Shown here piece after piece: positions 1-9,118 of a stretch of DNA of 64,000 nucleotides (its first letter is position 1; the number at the start of each line of letters is the position of its first letter). The notes beneath the pieces are model-generated. The model made no database searches. It saw nothing but the letters and a program-made list of their open reading frames with translations, and was not told the origin of the DNA. Source of the DNA: Clostridia bacterium (GTDB lineage: Bacteria > Bacillota > Clostridia > Christensenellales > RUG350); contig JAGBSX010000048.1 of NCBI GenBank assembly GCA_017631635.1, positions 5,626 to 69,625 of the forward strand, given 5' to 3'. The translations under genes and the position numbers were made by a program.

Positions 1-64
1 GGTTACAAACTACCTTGAAATGTGGTATATATAATTGACTGAATAGTTGTATAGAGAGGTTATT

Positions 65-1282
65 ATGAACAAATTTGTAATGTACGGAGCCGGAAACATC
101 GGCAGAGGCTTTATAGGTCAGCTGTTTTCCAACGCCGGATATAAGGTAGGCTTCGTAGATATAAACAAAGAGGTAATTGCAAGGCTCAACTCTGACGGAA
201 GATACCCCGTAAACACAGTATCAGGCGATATTAACGAGGAGACTTTCGTTGAAAACGTATACGGTATAGACGGTACGGATATCGAGCTTGTGTCCGAGGA
301 AATTGCCTCCGCATCCATTATGGCAACGGCTATCGGCGTAAACGTTTTAAGGTTTATTGCAAGGCCTATCGCTTTAGGATTAAAAAAGAGGATGGAGCGC
401 AACGCCCCTGCCTTTAACATAATCATTTGTGAAAATTTAATCGGCGCGGACGAGTATCTTAAGGAGCTCGTTTGCAAAGAAGTGCCCGAAATCGCAGATT
501 ACGTGCACAATAACGTAGGCTTCGTTGAGGCAAGCATCGGCAGAATGGTTCCCGTTATGACCGAGGAAAAGCGTCAGGGCAATCCTTTACGCGTATACGT
601 TGAGCCGTATAATATTCTCCCCGTAGATAAGGCGGCTTTCAAGGGCGAAATACCTGAGGTAGGCAATCTTTACCCCTTCTCGCCGTTTAATTTGTTTATT
701 CAGCGCAAGCTCTTTATGCACAATATGAGCCACGCTCTCTGTGCGTATTTAGGCAACCTCCGCGGGTATGAATACGTATATCAGTCGATAGCTGATTACG
801 ATATCCGCTACGTTGCATACAAGTCTCTTACCGAAATGGCTGTAGCAATTTCGCTTGAAAACGGCACGGAGGTAGCAGGTCTTATCAGTCATGCGGAAAA
901 TCTCCTCTACCGTTTTACCAACGAGGCTTTGGGCGATACCGTTTTCAGGGTAGGTAGGGATACCAAGCGCAAACTCAGCAGTAACGACAGACTTGTCGGC
1001 GCGTTAAAGCTTGCTATAAAGCACGGACATCAAAGTAATTTTCTCTGTCTTGGCATAGCGGCAGCACTTCTTTTTGCACCCGACGGGGACGATAGCAGTA
1101 AGGAGCTCAGCGCGTATGCAGAGCAAAACGGCGTAGCGGCTACTCTTAAGACCTATTCCGACCTCGAGGGCGAGCCCGTAGTGCTTATAACCGAGCTTTA
1201 TACAGAGCTTAAAAACGGCACCCCGTTTGTAAAGCTTATAAAATACTGTGACGACCTTTCTTCGTCAAAAATGAGGGTATAA
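65..1282 (+). CDS. mtlD: mannitol-1-phosphate 5-dehydrogenase family protein
   Basis: ORF 47..1282. N-terminal Rossmann motif MYGAGNIGRGFIG is typical of MtlD. ATG at 65 follows a GAGAGG RBS. Confidence 0.7.
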   Translation: MNKFVMYGAGNIGRGFIGQLFSNAGYKVGFVDINKEVIARLNSDGRYPVNTVSGDINEETFVENVYGIDGTDIELVSEEIASASIMATAIGVNVLRFIARPIALGLKKRMERNAPAFNIIICENLIGADEYLKELVCKEVPEIADYVHNNVGFVEASIGRMVPVMTEEKRQGNPLRVYVEPYNILPVDKAAFKGEIPEVGNLYPFSPFNLFIQRKLFMHNMSHALCAYLGNLRGYEYVYQSIADYDIRYVAYKSLTEMAVAISLENGTEVAGLISHAENLLYRFTNEALGDTVFRVGRDTKRKLSSNDRLVGALKLAIKHGHQSNFLCLGIAAALLFAPDGDDSSKELSAYAEQNGVAATLKTYSDLEGEPVVLITELYTELKNGTPFVKLIKYCDDLSSSKMRV

Positions 1283-1283
1283 T

Positions 1284-2195
1284 ATGAACGCCGAAGTATC
1301 TAATCTTTATCAACTTGCAAGCCTTACACGTTATACTATAACGGACGGCATAGGTAAGGGACTTGACGTTCTTGATTGCAACAACGGAAAAATTCGTTTT
1401 CTTCTTAACGTCAGTAAGGCGTGCGATATTATGCAACTTTACCACGAAGGACAAAATATGTCGTTTGTATCCAAAAACGGCTTTAGCAAAAGAGAAATCC
1501 CCTTTTTAAACCGTTTTGAAGGCGGTATGTTATACACTTGCGGTTTGGATAGCGTAGGTGGTAGAGAAGGGTATGAATTACACGGAACACTGCATAATAT
1601 CCCTGCCGAAATTATCCGCGAGGAATGTGACGAAAATGGTATAGTTGTGGAAGCAATTATCCGTGATACGGCGTTGTTTGGAAAGAATCTTGTCTTGAAA
1701 CGTAAGATTTTCACGGAAATAGGCGGTGATAGTATAACGCTTGAAGATACACTTTGTAATATTGGATATAAAGAGGAAGAATATTGTCTTTTATATCATA
1801 TCAACATTGGGTATCCTATGCTTGACAACGGTGCAAAAGTAATTGCAGACGTGGAAAGCTACACACCGAGAACGGCTTGGGCAAAGCAAAATGAGACTAC
1901 CATGTACGCGATGAGTGGCGCAGTACCTAATCAAGAAGAAACTTGTTATTTTTTGAAGTTAAGTAAGCCTGAAATATCACTTGTCAATGAGAAAATCGGA
2001 AAGAAATTTACCATTTCTTATTCGGGGGATACACTTCCGCATTTTGTAGAATGGAAGAGTATGGCAAGCGGTGATTACGCGCTTGGATTAGAGCCTTGCA
2101 CAACGGAACTTGACGATTGCTTTGCGTATAAAACGATAGAAGTAGGAGAGAAAATAAAATTTTTTGTAAATATTTCGATTGCTAAAAAGCAGTAA
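1284..2195 (+). CDS. aldose 1-epimerase-like (DUF4432-type) protein
   Basis: 303-aa ORF starting 2 nt after the mtlD-like stop. Overall resemblance to the DUF4432/aldose-epimerase fold family, from memory only. Confidence 0.45.
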   Translation: MNAEVSNLYQLASLTRYTITDGIGKGLDVLDCNNGKIRFLLNVSKACDIMQLYHEGQNMSFVSKNGFSKREIPFLNRFEGGMLYTCGLDSVGGREGYELHGTLHNIPAEIIREECDENGIVVEAIIRDTALFGKNLVLKRKIFTEIGGDSITLEDTLCNIGYKEEEYCLLYHINIGYPMLDNGAKVIADVESYTPRTAWAKQNETTMYAMSGAVPNQEETCYFLKLSKPEISLVNEKIGKKFTISYSGDTLPHFVEWKSMASGDYALGLEPCTTELDDCFAYKTIEVGEKIKFFVNISIAKKQ

Positions 2196-2510
2196 AGAGT
2201 CAGAGAATATAAAAGAAGTGGAAGTGGCAGAAAAATTATTTGCAACGTGTCTCGTCTGTACTTGTAAACTGTGTAGGGGAGACAAAGGATCAATAGTTGA
2301 TATAATCTGCCCACGTTGTAAAAATTTAATAGCAATTAGAATATAAAAGTATAGTTAAAACAACGCTATTAAAAAAGCGTAAAAAAAGTTTACCAAAGAA
2401 AAGAGTTCAAAACTTGCGAGTTTTGGCTCTTTTTTGGCAATAAAAACACTTTTTGTTCCACACATACAAAAATAAAAGAGTATCAAGTGATAGTCTTTTA
2501 TTTTTAGTTT

Positions 2511-2660
2511 GTGTCCTTGGACACAACACAGTTTGACTGAAGGTCAACACAGTTTCGAGCAAAGCGAAGAACACAGTTGTCCGTAGTCGGACACAAAACG
2601 AAGTTATGCTTATGCATAAACTGTGTGGGCATACGCCCAACGATGTTACCCTATCGGGTA
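2511..2660. repeat. hairpin-array element, divergent variant (E1)
   Basis: Seven mini-hairpins (GTGTC-CTTG-GACAC, TGAC-TGAAG-GTCA, GTCCG-TAGT-CGGAC, ATGC-TTAT-GCAT, GGGC-ATAC-GCCC, TACCC-TATC-GGGTA, one weaker). They are separated by ACACAGTT three times, then by its reverse complement AACTGTGT. Confidence 0.6.
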
Positions 2661-2667
2661 AAAGATA

Positions 2668-2696
2668 TTGACAAAAACATATAGACGATTTATAAT
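2668..2696 (+). promoter_or_regulatory. sigma-70-type promoter for the RNase gene
   Basis: TTGACA (2668-2673), 17-nt spacer, TATAAT (2691-2696). Confidence 0.55.
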
Positions 2697-2728
2697 GAAA
2701 GCGTGCTTATAAAATAGGGAAAGGATAG

Positions 2729-3319
2729 ATGAAAAGAATTATAGAGTTTTATGACAAGAGAAAAAACAAGTTTATATTTATTACGACTATAGTTCTAATA
2801 GTTTTGTTTATTATGCCGTTTGTTACTACTCGCAATATGGATATAAAAGAGGCGTATACAAAAAAAGAAGACGTGGCTTTATATATTATTCAACATCATC
2901 AACTTCCACCGAATTATATCACGAAGTATGGTATAGATTATGCTAAAAATCACGATATAGCGATAGATGATTGTATAATGGGTGGGGATACGCATTTCAA
3001 CACAGCGCAATTTGTTCAATTTGGCGTAAGTAAATCGACCAAGTTGAAAGAGTGCGATATAGCAGGGCCAAACTATGATATAACGGGCAAACGTGGTGCG
3101 CAAAGATTAGTATATACATGCAACACAAATGAAGTACGTGTGTTTTATACGTATAATCATTATAAAAGTTTTGAAGAAATATCATACTTTCATTTGCAAA
3201 TAACAAGTAATGTATTTTGGATTATTTTTGGCGTTTATACGGCAAGTTTGATTACTTTTTACATTGTGATAAACAAGGTGAAGAAAAACTTTGAGACGAA
3301 AGAAAACCAACGTGATTAG
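2729..3319 (+). CDS. barnase-like guanyl-specific ribonuclease with N- and C-terminal hydrophobic segments
   Basis: LPPNYITKYG matches barnase LPDNYITKSE. ECDI..GKRGAQRLVY..YTYNHYKSFEEI matches EADI..GFRNSDRILY..TTDHYQTFTKI, with the catalytic E, R, R and H conserved. TM-like stretches FIFITTIVLIVLFIMPF and VFWIIFGVYTASLITFYIV. Confidence 0.8.
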   Translation: MKRIIEFYDKRKNKFIFITTIVLIVLFIMPFVTTRNMDIKEAYTKKEDVALYIIQHHQLPPNYITKYGIDYAKNHDIAIDDCIMGGDTHFNTAQFVQFGVSKSTKLKECDIAGPNYDITGKRGAQRLVYTCNTNEVRVFYTYNHYKSFEEISYFHLQITSNVFWIIFGVYTASLITFYIVINKVKKNFETKENQRD

Positions 3320-3364
3320 ATACTTCAAATTGTCAAGCACGCTAGAGTGTATATCAGGTCAACG

Positions 3365-3397
3365 AAAAAAAAGACTTACATAGATGTAAGTCTTTTA
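3365..3397. terminator. bidirectional intrinsic terminator
   Basis: AAGACTTACA-TAGA-TGTAAGTCTT stem-loop flanked by an A-run and a T-run, between convergent genes. Confidence 0.7.
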
Positions 3398-3416
3398 ATT
3401 TTTGATAAGAATAGTG

Positions 3417-3701
3417 TTATTTTAGATTTTTAACAATTTGTAATAAAGCAATTTTATTTTCTTGCGAAAGAAGTCTGACCTTTCTAATAAGTTCGTCTTC
3501 TTCGTTGGCTTCTTTGAAGAAATCAGATAGGCTAATTCCAAATGCTTCACAAATTGCACGTAAAGTTGAAATTTTTGGCTCGGTTTTTCTTGAATATAAA
3601 TTATTAAGGGTTGATTGAGTTAAACCACTCTCCATGGCAAGATAGTTGATAGACCATCCTTTCTCTTTTCTTAAAATCTCTATTCTTTCTAACACTTCCA
3701 T
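3417..3701 (-). CDS. XRE-family HTH transcriptional regulator
   Basis: 94 aa. LRKEKGWSINYLAMESGLTQSTLNNL is a typical HTH_3 motif. Confidence 0.8.
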   Translation of the reverse strand: MEVLERIEILRKEKGWSINYLAMESGLTQSTLNNLYSRKTEPKISTLRAICEAFGISLSDFFKEANEEDELIRKVRLLSQENKIALLQIVKNLK

Positions 3702-3755
3702 TTTTCTATTTTACCTCTTTTGTTTTTATTATATAACTAAATTGAGTTAAAAACA

Positions 3756-3797
3756 TAACCCAAAACACTTGACAAATAAACCCAAACGGGTTAATAT
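3756..3797 (+). promoter_or_regulatory. promoter with candidate operator repeats in the divergent XRE/lipoprotein region
   Basis: TTGACA (3769-3774), 17 nt, TAATAT (3792-3797). Direct repeat TAACCCAAAAC / TAAACCCAAAC, and inverted repeat AACCC-aaac-GGGTT (3779-3792) inside the spacer. Confidence 0.4.
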
Positions 3798-3840
3798 ATA
3801 AACAAAAGTTATAGTCACTAAAAAACAAAGGAGAAAGGTT

Positions 3841-4527
3841 ATGAAAAAGGTAATGAGATCATTGATTGTAGTTCTATTGTTGTTTTCGATGCTAGTTTTT
3901 ACCGGCTGTAATTCTGAAATAAAGCCAACGGATGAGAACAGTTACTTGATTTCCGTTTATAGTGTTAAGAGAGAACAAAAAACAAATGGAGAAGTTGTTA
4001 ATACTGGTCTAGAACTTAAAAAAACAATTCAAGTGCTTAAGACACAATGTTTTGAACTAGATTATGAAGAAGTTAAACTAGTTGATTATGATGGTGACAC
4101 ATATGAGGCGCTTGGCAAATATGAGTATTCTAGTCTGCCAAGTCAAAGAAGTTATTTTGATAAAAAGATAGTAGTATTTCCGACTAGCGATGCGACAATT
4201 TTAGTAAGAGAACGCCAGAAGAAAAACATTAAAATATATTATGGCGGGGAAGAAGTTCTCAACAATTTGGGCGAAAGAGAAAAAGTAGAGTATAATAACT
4301 ATTTTAAAAACACGTACAATGAAAGCTTTAGTATTACAGGTACTAATGTCGACGCCATATTAAAAGGCGTAAAAAAGAATGTGACCATTGAGTTGTATAC
4401 TCATTCTTCCTGTGTTGGAGAACCCTTTGCCGAAGGCAGTTTTACTTATAGAAGTTATGGATTTTCGGGAAGTATAGATTTTGAGTTGATTCAATCAACT
4501 GACATATACGTGAAAGTAATACAATAG
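3841..4527 (+). CDS. hypothetical lipoprotein
   Basis: Signal peptide ending in the lipobox LVFTGC. GGAGAAAGG RBS. No recognisable domain. Confidence 0.6.
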   Translation: MKKVMRSLIVVLLLFSMLVFTGCNSEIKPTDENSYLISVYSVKREQKTNGEVVNTGLELKKTIQVLKTQCFELDYEEVKLVDYDGDTYEALGKYEYSSLPSQRSYFDKKIVVFPTSDATILVRERQKKNIKIYYGGEEVLNNLGEREKVEYNNYFKNTYNESFSITGTNVDAILKGVKKNVTIELYTHSSCVGEPFAEGSFTYRSYGFSGSIDFELIQSTDIYVKVIQ

Positions 4528-4903
4528 TTGTCAAATAGTAGAAAGAAATTTTCCATAAGAGGTTAAAAAACATTATAAAAGACTAACGAAATCCTCGTTA
4601 GTCTTTTTAATTTTTGCTTTGCAAAACATACAGATTTAGAGAGTGAATCTACAAACCATCAATTGTCACAGTCGAAAACAAGGTTTTTGAGGTGTATATG
4701 ATAAAAAATAAAAAAACAAGTGGGCTCAGTTGCATTGATATCCACTAAAAAAGTGGTATAATATTTATAATAAAATTGAGAGATAGCACACGTATACTAG
4801 CAACCGTGCATAAGTCTATCGTATCATAGCAAAAGGTGATTGAACGAAACGAAAAAAAGGGCAGTCCTCCACAAGGACGGCTAGAAGATAGAGGGGAGAA
4901 ATT

Positions 4904-5500
4904 ATGATAGATGATATAGTCATAGGACAATTGATAGATAGATATACCCAAGCACTAAATATTTGCCTAGAGAAGAGGATATATATAGAGGAGCACCGTG
5001 AGGATATAGATGCGCAACTTAGACTAGTAGTCGCCATAGGAGACTACCGCGATATAGAGAGAGAACTCATAGACACGATAGGTCTAGATGAGGCTCAAGA
5101 GGTGATACTAGAGTGCAAGCGAGAGGTCGTAGGGAGAGAGAGGAGTAGAGGTATAGTATTCTACTCTGAGGATGTGGAGAAACTAGAGAATATCCTCGCT
5201 ATCAAACACCTCACGATACCTACCTCACTACGCATAGATAGACAAGAAAATATGGATATGGAGGAGGTAGTGCTGTCTAATCATAGAGGGGAGAAGTATC
5301 ATTTTCGCACTTGGTCGGTACTACACCTAGACGGCGAGGTGTATATAGAACTAGAACTACTAGAAGATATGAGGGTGGGCAAGTTTAACTATTATCATAT
5401 ATCCAACTCCACTCTCAAAATGGTGCAGGACAACTCTCTCACGAGGAGACTAGACGAGAGGAGAGAAGTGGTAGAGGTGGCTTTGGGCAAAAATAGGTAG
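4904..5500 (+). CDS. hypothetical acidic protein
   Basis: 198-aa ORF with a GAGGGGAG RBS. No family recognised. Confidence 0.5.
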   Translation: MIDDIVIGQLIDRYTQALNICLEKRIYIEEHREDIDAQLRLVVAIGDYRDIERELIDTIGLDEAQEVILECKREVVGRERSRGIVFYSEDVEKLENILAIKHLTIPTSLRIDRQENMDMEEVVLSNHRGEKYHFRTWSVLHLDGEVYIELELLEDMRVGKFNYYHISNSTLKMVQDNSLTRRLDERREVVEVALGKNR

Positions 5501-5546
5501 TATAATCCTACAAATCTAGCACACACTAACTCCAAGGAGAAAGAAT

Positions 5547-5981
5547 ATGTACTTTGAAGAATTGACCCTAAATCAAGTGATAGATATACCACCTGTGACT
5601 ATCACCCAGGAGAACATGCTAGACTTCGCTAGCAAGTATGACAATATCCCTCTGCACACCGACGAAGAGTACGCCAAAAGCACGCATTTCGGAGGATTGA
5701 TAGCCCCTGGAGTGATGAGTTTTGTGAGTGTGTGGGCGAAGTATCTGGAGGTAGACCCTATAGGGAGAGAACTACTAGCAGGCAAGTCTACGCATATAGA
5801 GTGGTACAAGCCTGTGTACGCAGATGATATATTGAGAGGAGTAGCCACTATCACCGACCTAGTCAGTCGCAACGAAAAAAACGGAGTAGCCCAGATATCC
5901 ATAGAGGTACACAACCAACGAGGAGAACTAGTACTCACGAATATAACCGAGGCTGTGGTCAAGAAAAATATAAAAGAATAA
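5547..5981 (+). CDS. MaoC-like (hotdog fold) dehydratase
   Basis: 144 aa. PLHTDEEYAKSTHFGGLIAPGVM matches the MaoC dehydratase motif. Confidence 0.7.
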   Translation: MYFEELTLNQVIDIPPVTITQENMLDFASKYDNIPLHTDEEYAKSTHFGGLIAPGVMSFVSVWAKYLEVDPIGRELLAGKSTHIEWYKPVYADDILRGVATITDLVSRNEKNGVAQISIEVHNQRGELVLTNITEAVVKKNIKE

Positions 5982-6047
5982 GACACGCTAAACAAAATAA
6001 AAAACACACTATTATCTATGATAACGGTGTGTTTTTTGGTGTATTGT

Positions 6048-6845
6048 TTAGAGATATTTGGCTACGTCGTTGAGACTGTCTAGCACTAGCGTAGCCTCGA
6101 TACCACTCTCTCGATAATCATCCATAGTGGTCTCGCCAGATAGCACTAGCACCGAATTGAATCCACAATTTAGTCCAAACTTGACGTCGGTGTATAGCCT
6201 GTCGCCTACCATAGTCACCCTAGAGGTCTCGACGGCTAGTTGGTCTAGTATCATCTCGCCCATATAGGTATAAGGTTTGCCTATGATTACCTCGGGAGTC
6301 CTACCTGACGACGCCTCAAACATCTTGATAAAAGAGCCTACGTCAGGCATAAATATATCGTCGGTAGGGCACACTAGGTCAGGGTGGGTGGATATGTATC
6401 TAGCCCCTTTGACTAGCATTTCATTAAATCTCTTTATCTTGGCGAAAGTGAGCGAAGTGTCGTAGGCTAGTACTGCCACGTCTGCATCATCTTCGACGAG
6501 ATGGATACCACTATCTACATACGAGCGCTTGAGGGCATCCGTGCCTAGTAGATACACTCTGCTATCTGCGTGGTATTTGCGTAGATACCATATCGACGCC
6601 ATACCAGAGGTGTAGATGATATCCTCATCTCTCCAAAAGCCTATACGAGTCAATTTCTCTCGGTACTCGTCTACCGTCTTTGAGGAATTGTTGGTAAAAT
6701 ATACTATCTTCTTGCCTGCTCGACGAATGCTGTCTAGAGTGGAGACCATATCGCCGATAGGAGTGCTATCTAGGTAAATAGTACCATCCATATCTAGCAA
6801 AAACACGTCGGTATTGGCTATTAAGTTTTGCAAATCGTCTCGCAT
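6048..6845 (-). CDS. HAD-IIA family hydrolase (NagD-like sugar phosphatase)
   Basis: Motif I FLLDMDGTIY, FTNNSSKT, and a C-terminal GDRLYTD. Confidence 0.75.
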   Translation of the reverse strand: MRDDLQNLIANTDVFLLDMDGTIYLDSTPIGDMVSTLDSIRRAGKKIVYFTNNSSKTVDEYREKLTRIGFWRDEDIIYTSGMASIWYLRKYHADSRVYLLGTDALKRSYVDSGIHLVEDDADVAVLAYDTSLTFAKIKRFNEMLVKGARYISTHPDLVCPTDDIFMPDVGSFIKMFEASSGRTPEVIIGKPYTYMGEMILDQLAVETSRVTMVGDRLYTDVKFGLNCGFNSVLVLSGETTMDDYRESGIEATLVLDSLNDVAKYL

Positions 6846-6848
6846 AAT

Positions 6849-7413
6849 TCACCTCTCTATGTCTACTTGATGAGTATTTTTCTTGATATCGTGTCGCACT
6901 ACTCCTATCACTACGGAGATAAGCACGAATACTTCGCACGCTATTGCGCCCATAGACACGGTGATGATATTGTACACTAGCCACATAGGGGACGCCAAAA
7001 ATGCTAGCATACGGATATGTCTACCCTCTGTCATACGTAGGGCTACGTGGCTAGAGGTCATACCTAGCACGGGGAGTATCTCTAGTAGGGCGTGGGATAG
7101 GTCAAACGGCGTGCCAAACACCGTGAAAGTAAGCACGTACATAGTCAGATATAGACCGATAAAGAACACGAGCCAACCTGCGTGATTTGCTCTAAACTTG
7201 TCCTTATGGGAGTATACGATACACCTCAATATGCCCACACCATTGAGAAGTCCCCCGGTATAAGTGCCCAGTAGCAAATAACTAATTGTAAAAAAACTAC
7301 TGCCTGCCAGTTGACATAGGACGATATTGCGGTGAGACTTAAATTGATAAGAAAGTATATTGAAAAAAGCCCCCCACAAAGCCTAATATTTGTCCCAGTA
7401 TCTCTATAATCAT
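6849..7413 (-). pseudogene. YgjV-like inner-membrane protein, frame broken at a G6 (C6 on +) run
   Basis: Track ORF 6849..7379 (YLLLGTYTGGLLNGVGILR resembles YgjV) starts at a TTG with no RBS. ATG 7413 with an AGGAGTG RBS opens MIIEILGQILGFVGG in a frame offset by 1 nt. The two frames meet at CCCCCC 7370-7375. Confidence 0.55.
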
Positions 7414-7568
7414 AATCACTCCTAGTACATCTGGGATAATTGTACTACAAAGAGCAAACTTTGTCTAGTATAATTCAAACATCAAAACAAACGATAATTA
7501 TACATTATCGTTGATTTTTTGAGTGTTGTAGTGTTATAATGTAGAAAAGAAGATGAAAGAGGCTAGAT

Positions 7569-8444
7569 ATGAAGATAATAGATATACTCAAAGAAAACAA
7601 ACTCACCCTATCATTTGAGGTGTTCCCCCCAAAGACGGAGACGGCTTTTGACAGCGTCAGGCAGGCTACAGAGGAGATAGCCTCTCTATCTCCTGCATTT
7701 ATGAGTGTGACCTACGGCGCAGGTGGTGGTACGAGCAAATACACTCTGGATATAGCCAAAAATATATATGAGACTCACGGCGTACCTACACTAGCACACC
7801 TCACTTGCGTATCTAGTACCAAGGAGACTGTGAGGAGCAGGATAGAGGATATCAAGCAGGCTGGTATCACCAACGTAATGGCGCTACGAGGGGATATCCC
7901 AGAGAGTATGGCAAATGAAGATAGGAGTAGATGGGATTATCGCTACGCTATAGACCTAGTGAGAGAACTGAGGGCTTGCGCTCCAGACCTATGTATAGGT
8001 GGTGCGTGCTACCCAGAGAAACACCCCGAGAGCGCTAACCAAGCAGAAGACATAAACCATCTAGTAGAGAAGGTAGAGGCAGGATGCGACTTTTTGACGA
8101 CGCAGATGTTTTTTGACAACAATCTACTCTACAACTTCCTCTACAAGATACGACAGGCAGGTGTCACCGTACCCGTCATACCAGGCATCATGCCTATCAC
8201 CAACGCAAATCAGGTGGATAGGGCTATCAAACTATCAGGCTCGCTCGTACCACAGCGATTTAAGAGCCTAGTGGATAAGTTTGGCTCTAATCCAAATGCT
8301 ATGAAACAAGCAGGTATAGCGTACGCTACGGACCAAATCATAGACCTATTTGCAAACGGTATCCAAAACGTGCACGTGTATAGTATGAACAAACCCGACG
8401 TAGCCAAGATGATATTATCCAACTTGTCGGATATATTGGGGTGA
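7569..8444 (+). CDS. metF: methylenetetrahydrofolate reductase
   Basis: LSFEVFPPKT, SVTYGAGG, TCV..., MALRGD: typical MetF motifs. Confidence 0.9.
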   Translation: MKIIDILKENKLTLSFEVFPPKTETAFDSVRQATEEIASLSPAFMSVTYGAGGGTSKYTLDIAKNIYETHGVPTLAHLTCVSSTKETVRSRIEDIKQAGITNVMALRGDIPESMANEDRSRWDYRYAIDLVRELRACAPDLCIGGACYPEKHPESANQAEDINHLVEKVEAGCDFLTTQMFFDNNLLYNFLYKIRQAGVTVPVIPGIMPITNANQVDRAIKLSGSLVPQRFKSLVDKFGSNPNAMKQAGIAYATDQIIDLFANGIQNVHVYSMNKPDVAKMILSNLSDILG

Positions 8445-8447
8445 GGT

Positions 8448-9116
8448 ATGATATCCCCAGTATTTGTCAAGACGTATGATGCTCCCTCTTATGACGAGAG
8501 GGAGATATTGCGTTATATAGGAGAGACCTCACCAAATAGCGAGACGGTGGAGTTGGTACGCTCCTGCATAGCAGAAGTGGAGGCGCACCTATCGTACAAA
8601 GTGTGCTATGCCGTCTATGATGCACAGGTGACGCCAGACGGGGTAGATATGACCTTCGCCAAGACAAAATCTACCTCACTAGCGAAAACTTTGGCTGATA
8701 GCGATAGAGTGATATTGGTGGTGGCTAGCGTGGGTATAGGTATAGATAGGCTCGTCAAGAAGTACCTTAGCATTAGTGCGAGTAGGGCTCTCGTGATGCA
8801 GGCGATAGGCGCTGAGCGAGTGGAGAGTCTACTAGATGCATTTTGTATAGAGATGCGAGAAAAATATAGAGGGCTAGGACAAGATATCACTACTAGATAT
8901 TCGCCTGGCTATGGAGATTTGCCTTTGCAGTTGCAAAGAGAGATATTTGACGCGCTAGACTGTCCCAAGAGGATAGGGGTATCTCTATCGGATAGTATGA
9001 TGATGACTCCTACCAAGTCCGTCTCTGCTATCATAGGTATATCTAGGTCGATATGTAGTGACGTATCCCTAGACAAATGCAAAAATTGTAATAAGGATTG
9101 TCAATATAGGAGATAA
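8448..9116 (+). CDS. vitamin B12-dependent methionine synthase activation-domain protein
   Basis: YSPGYGDLPLQ...MMTPTKSVSAIIGI resembles the stand-alone MetH activation domain of Clostridia. Lies between metF and metH. Confidence 0.7.
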   Translation: MISPVFVKTYDAPSYDEREILRYIGETSPNSETVELVRSCIAEVEAHLSYKVCYAVYDAQVTPDGVDMTFAKTKSTSLAKTLADSDRVILVVASVGIGIDRLVKKYLSISASRALVMQAIGAERVESLLDAFCIEMREKYRGLGQDITTRYSPGYGDLPLQLQREIFDALDCPKRIGVSLSDSMMMTPTKSVSAIIGISRSICSDVSLDKCKNCNKDCQYRR

Positions 9117-9118
9117 TT

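Noticed and set aside
4620-4903. A possible riboswitch or leader upstream of the 4904 gene, about 130 nt after a TGGTATAAT -10 box.
   Set aside because: Only a modest stem (GCAGTCC...GGACGGC) is present, with no conserved motif I can recognise. The evidence is insufficient without a covariance-model search or comparative data.
7381-7568. An expected SAM or T-box riboswitch upstream of metF-metH.
   Set aside because: None of the conserved SAM-I or T-box blocks could be found by eye. Only a hairpin plus T-run (AACGATAA..TTATCGTT, 7490-7520) and a TGTTATAAT -10 element are present. Its role is unclear and a covariance-model scan would be needed.
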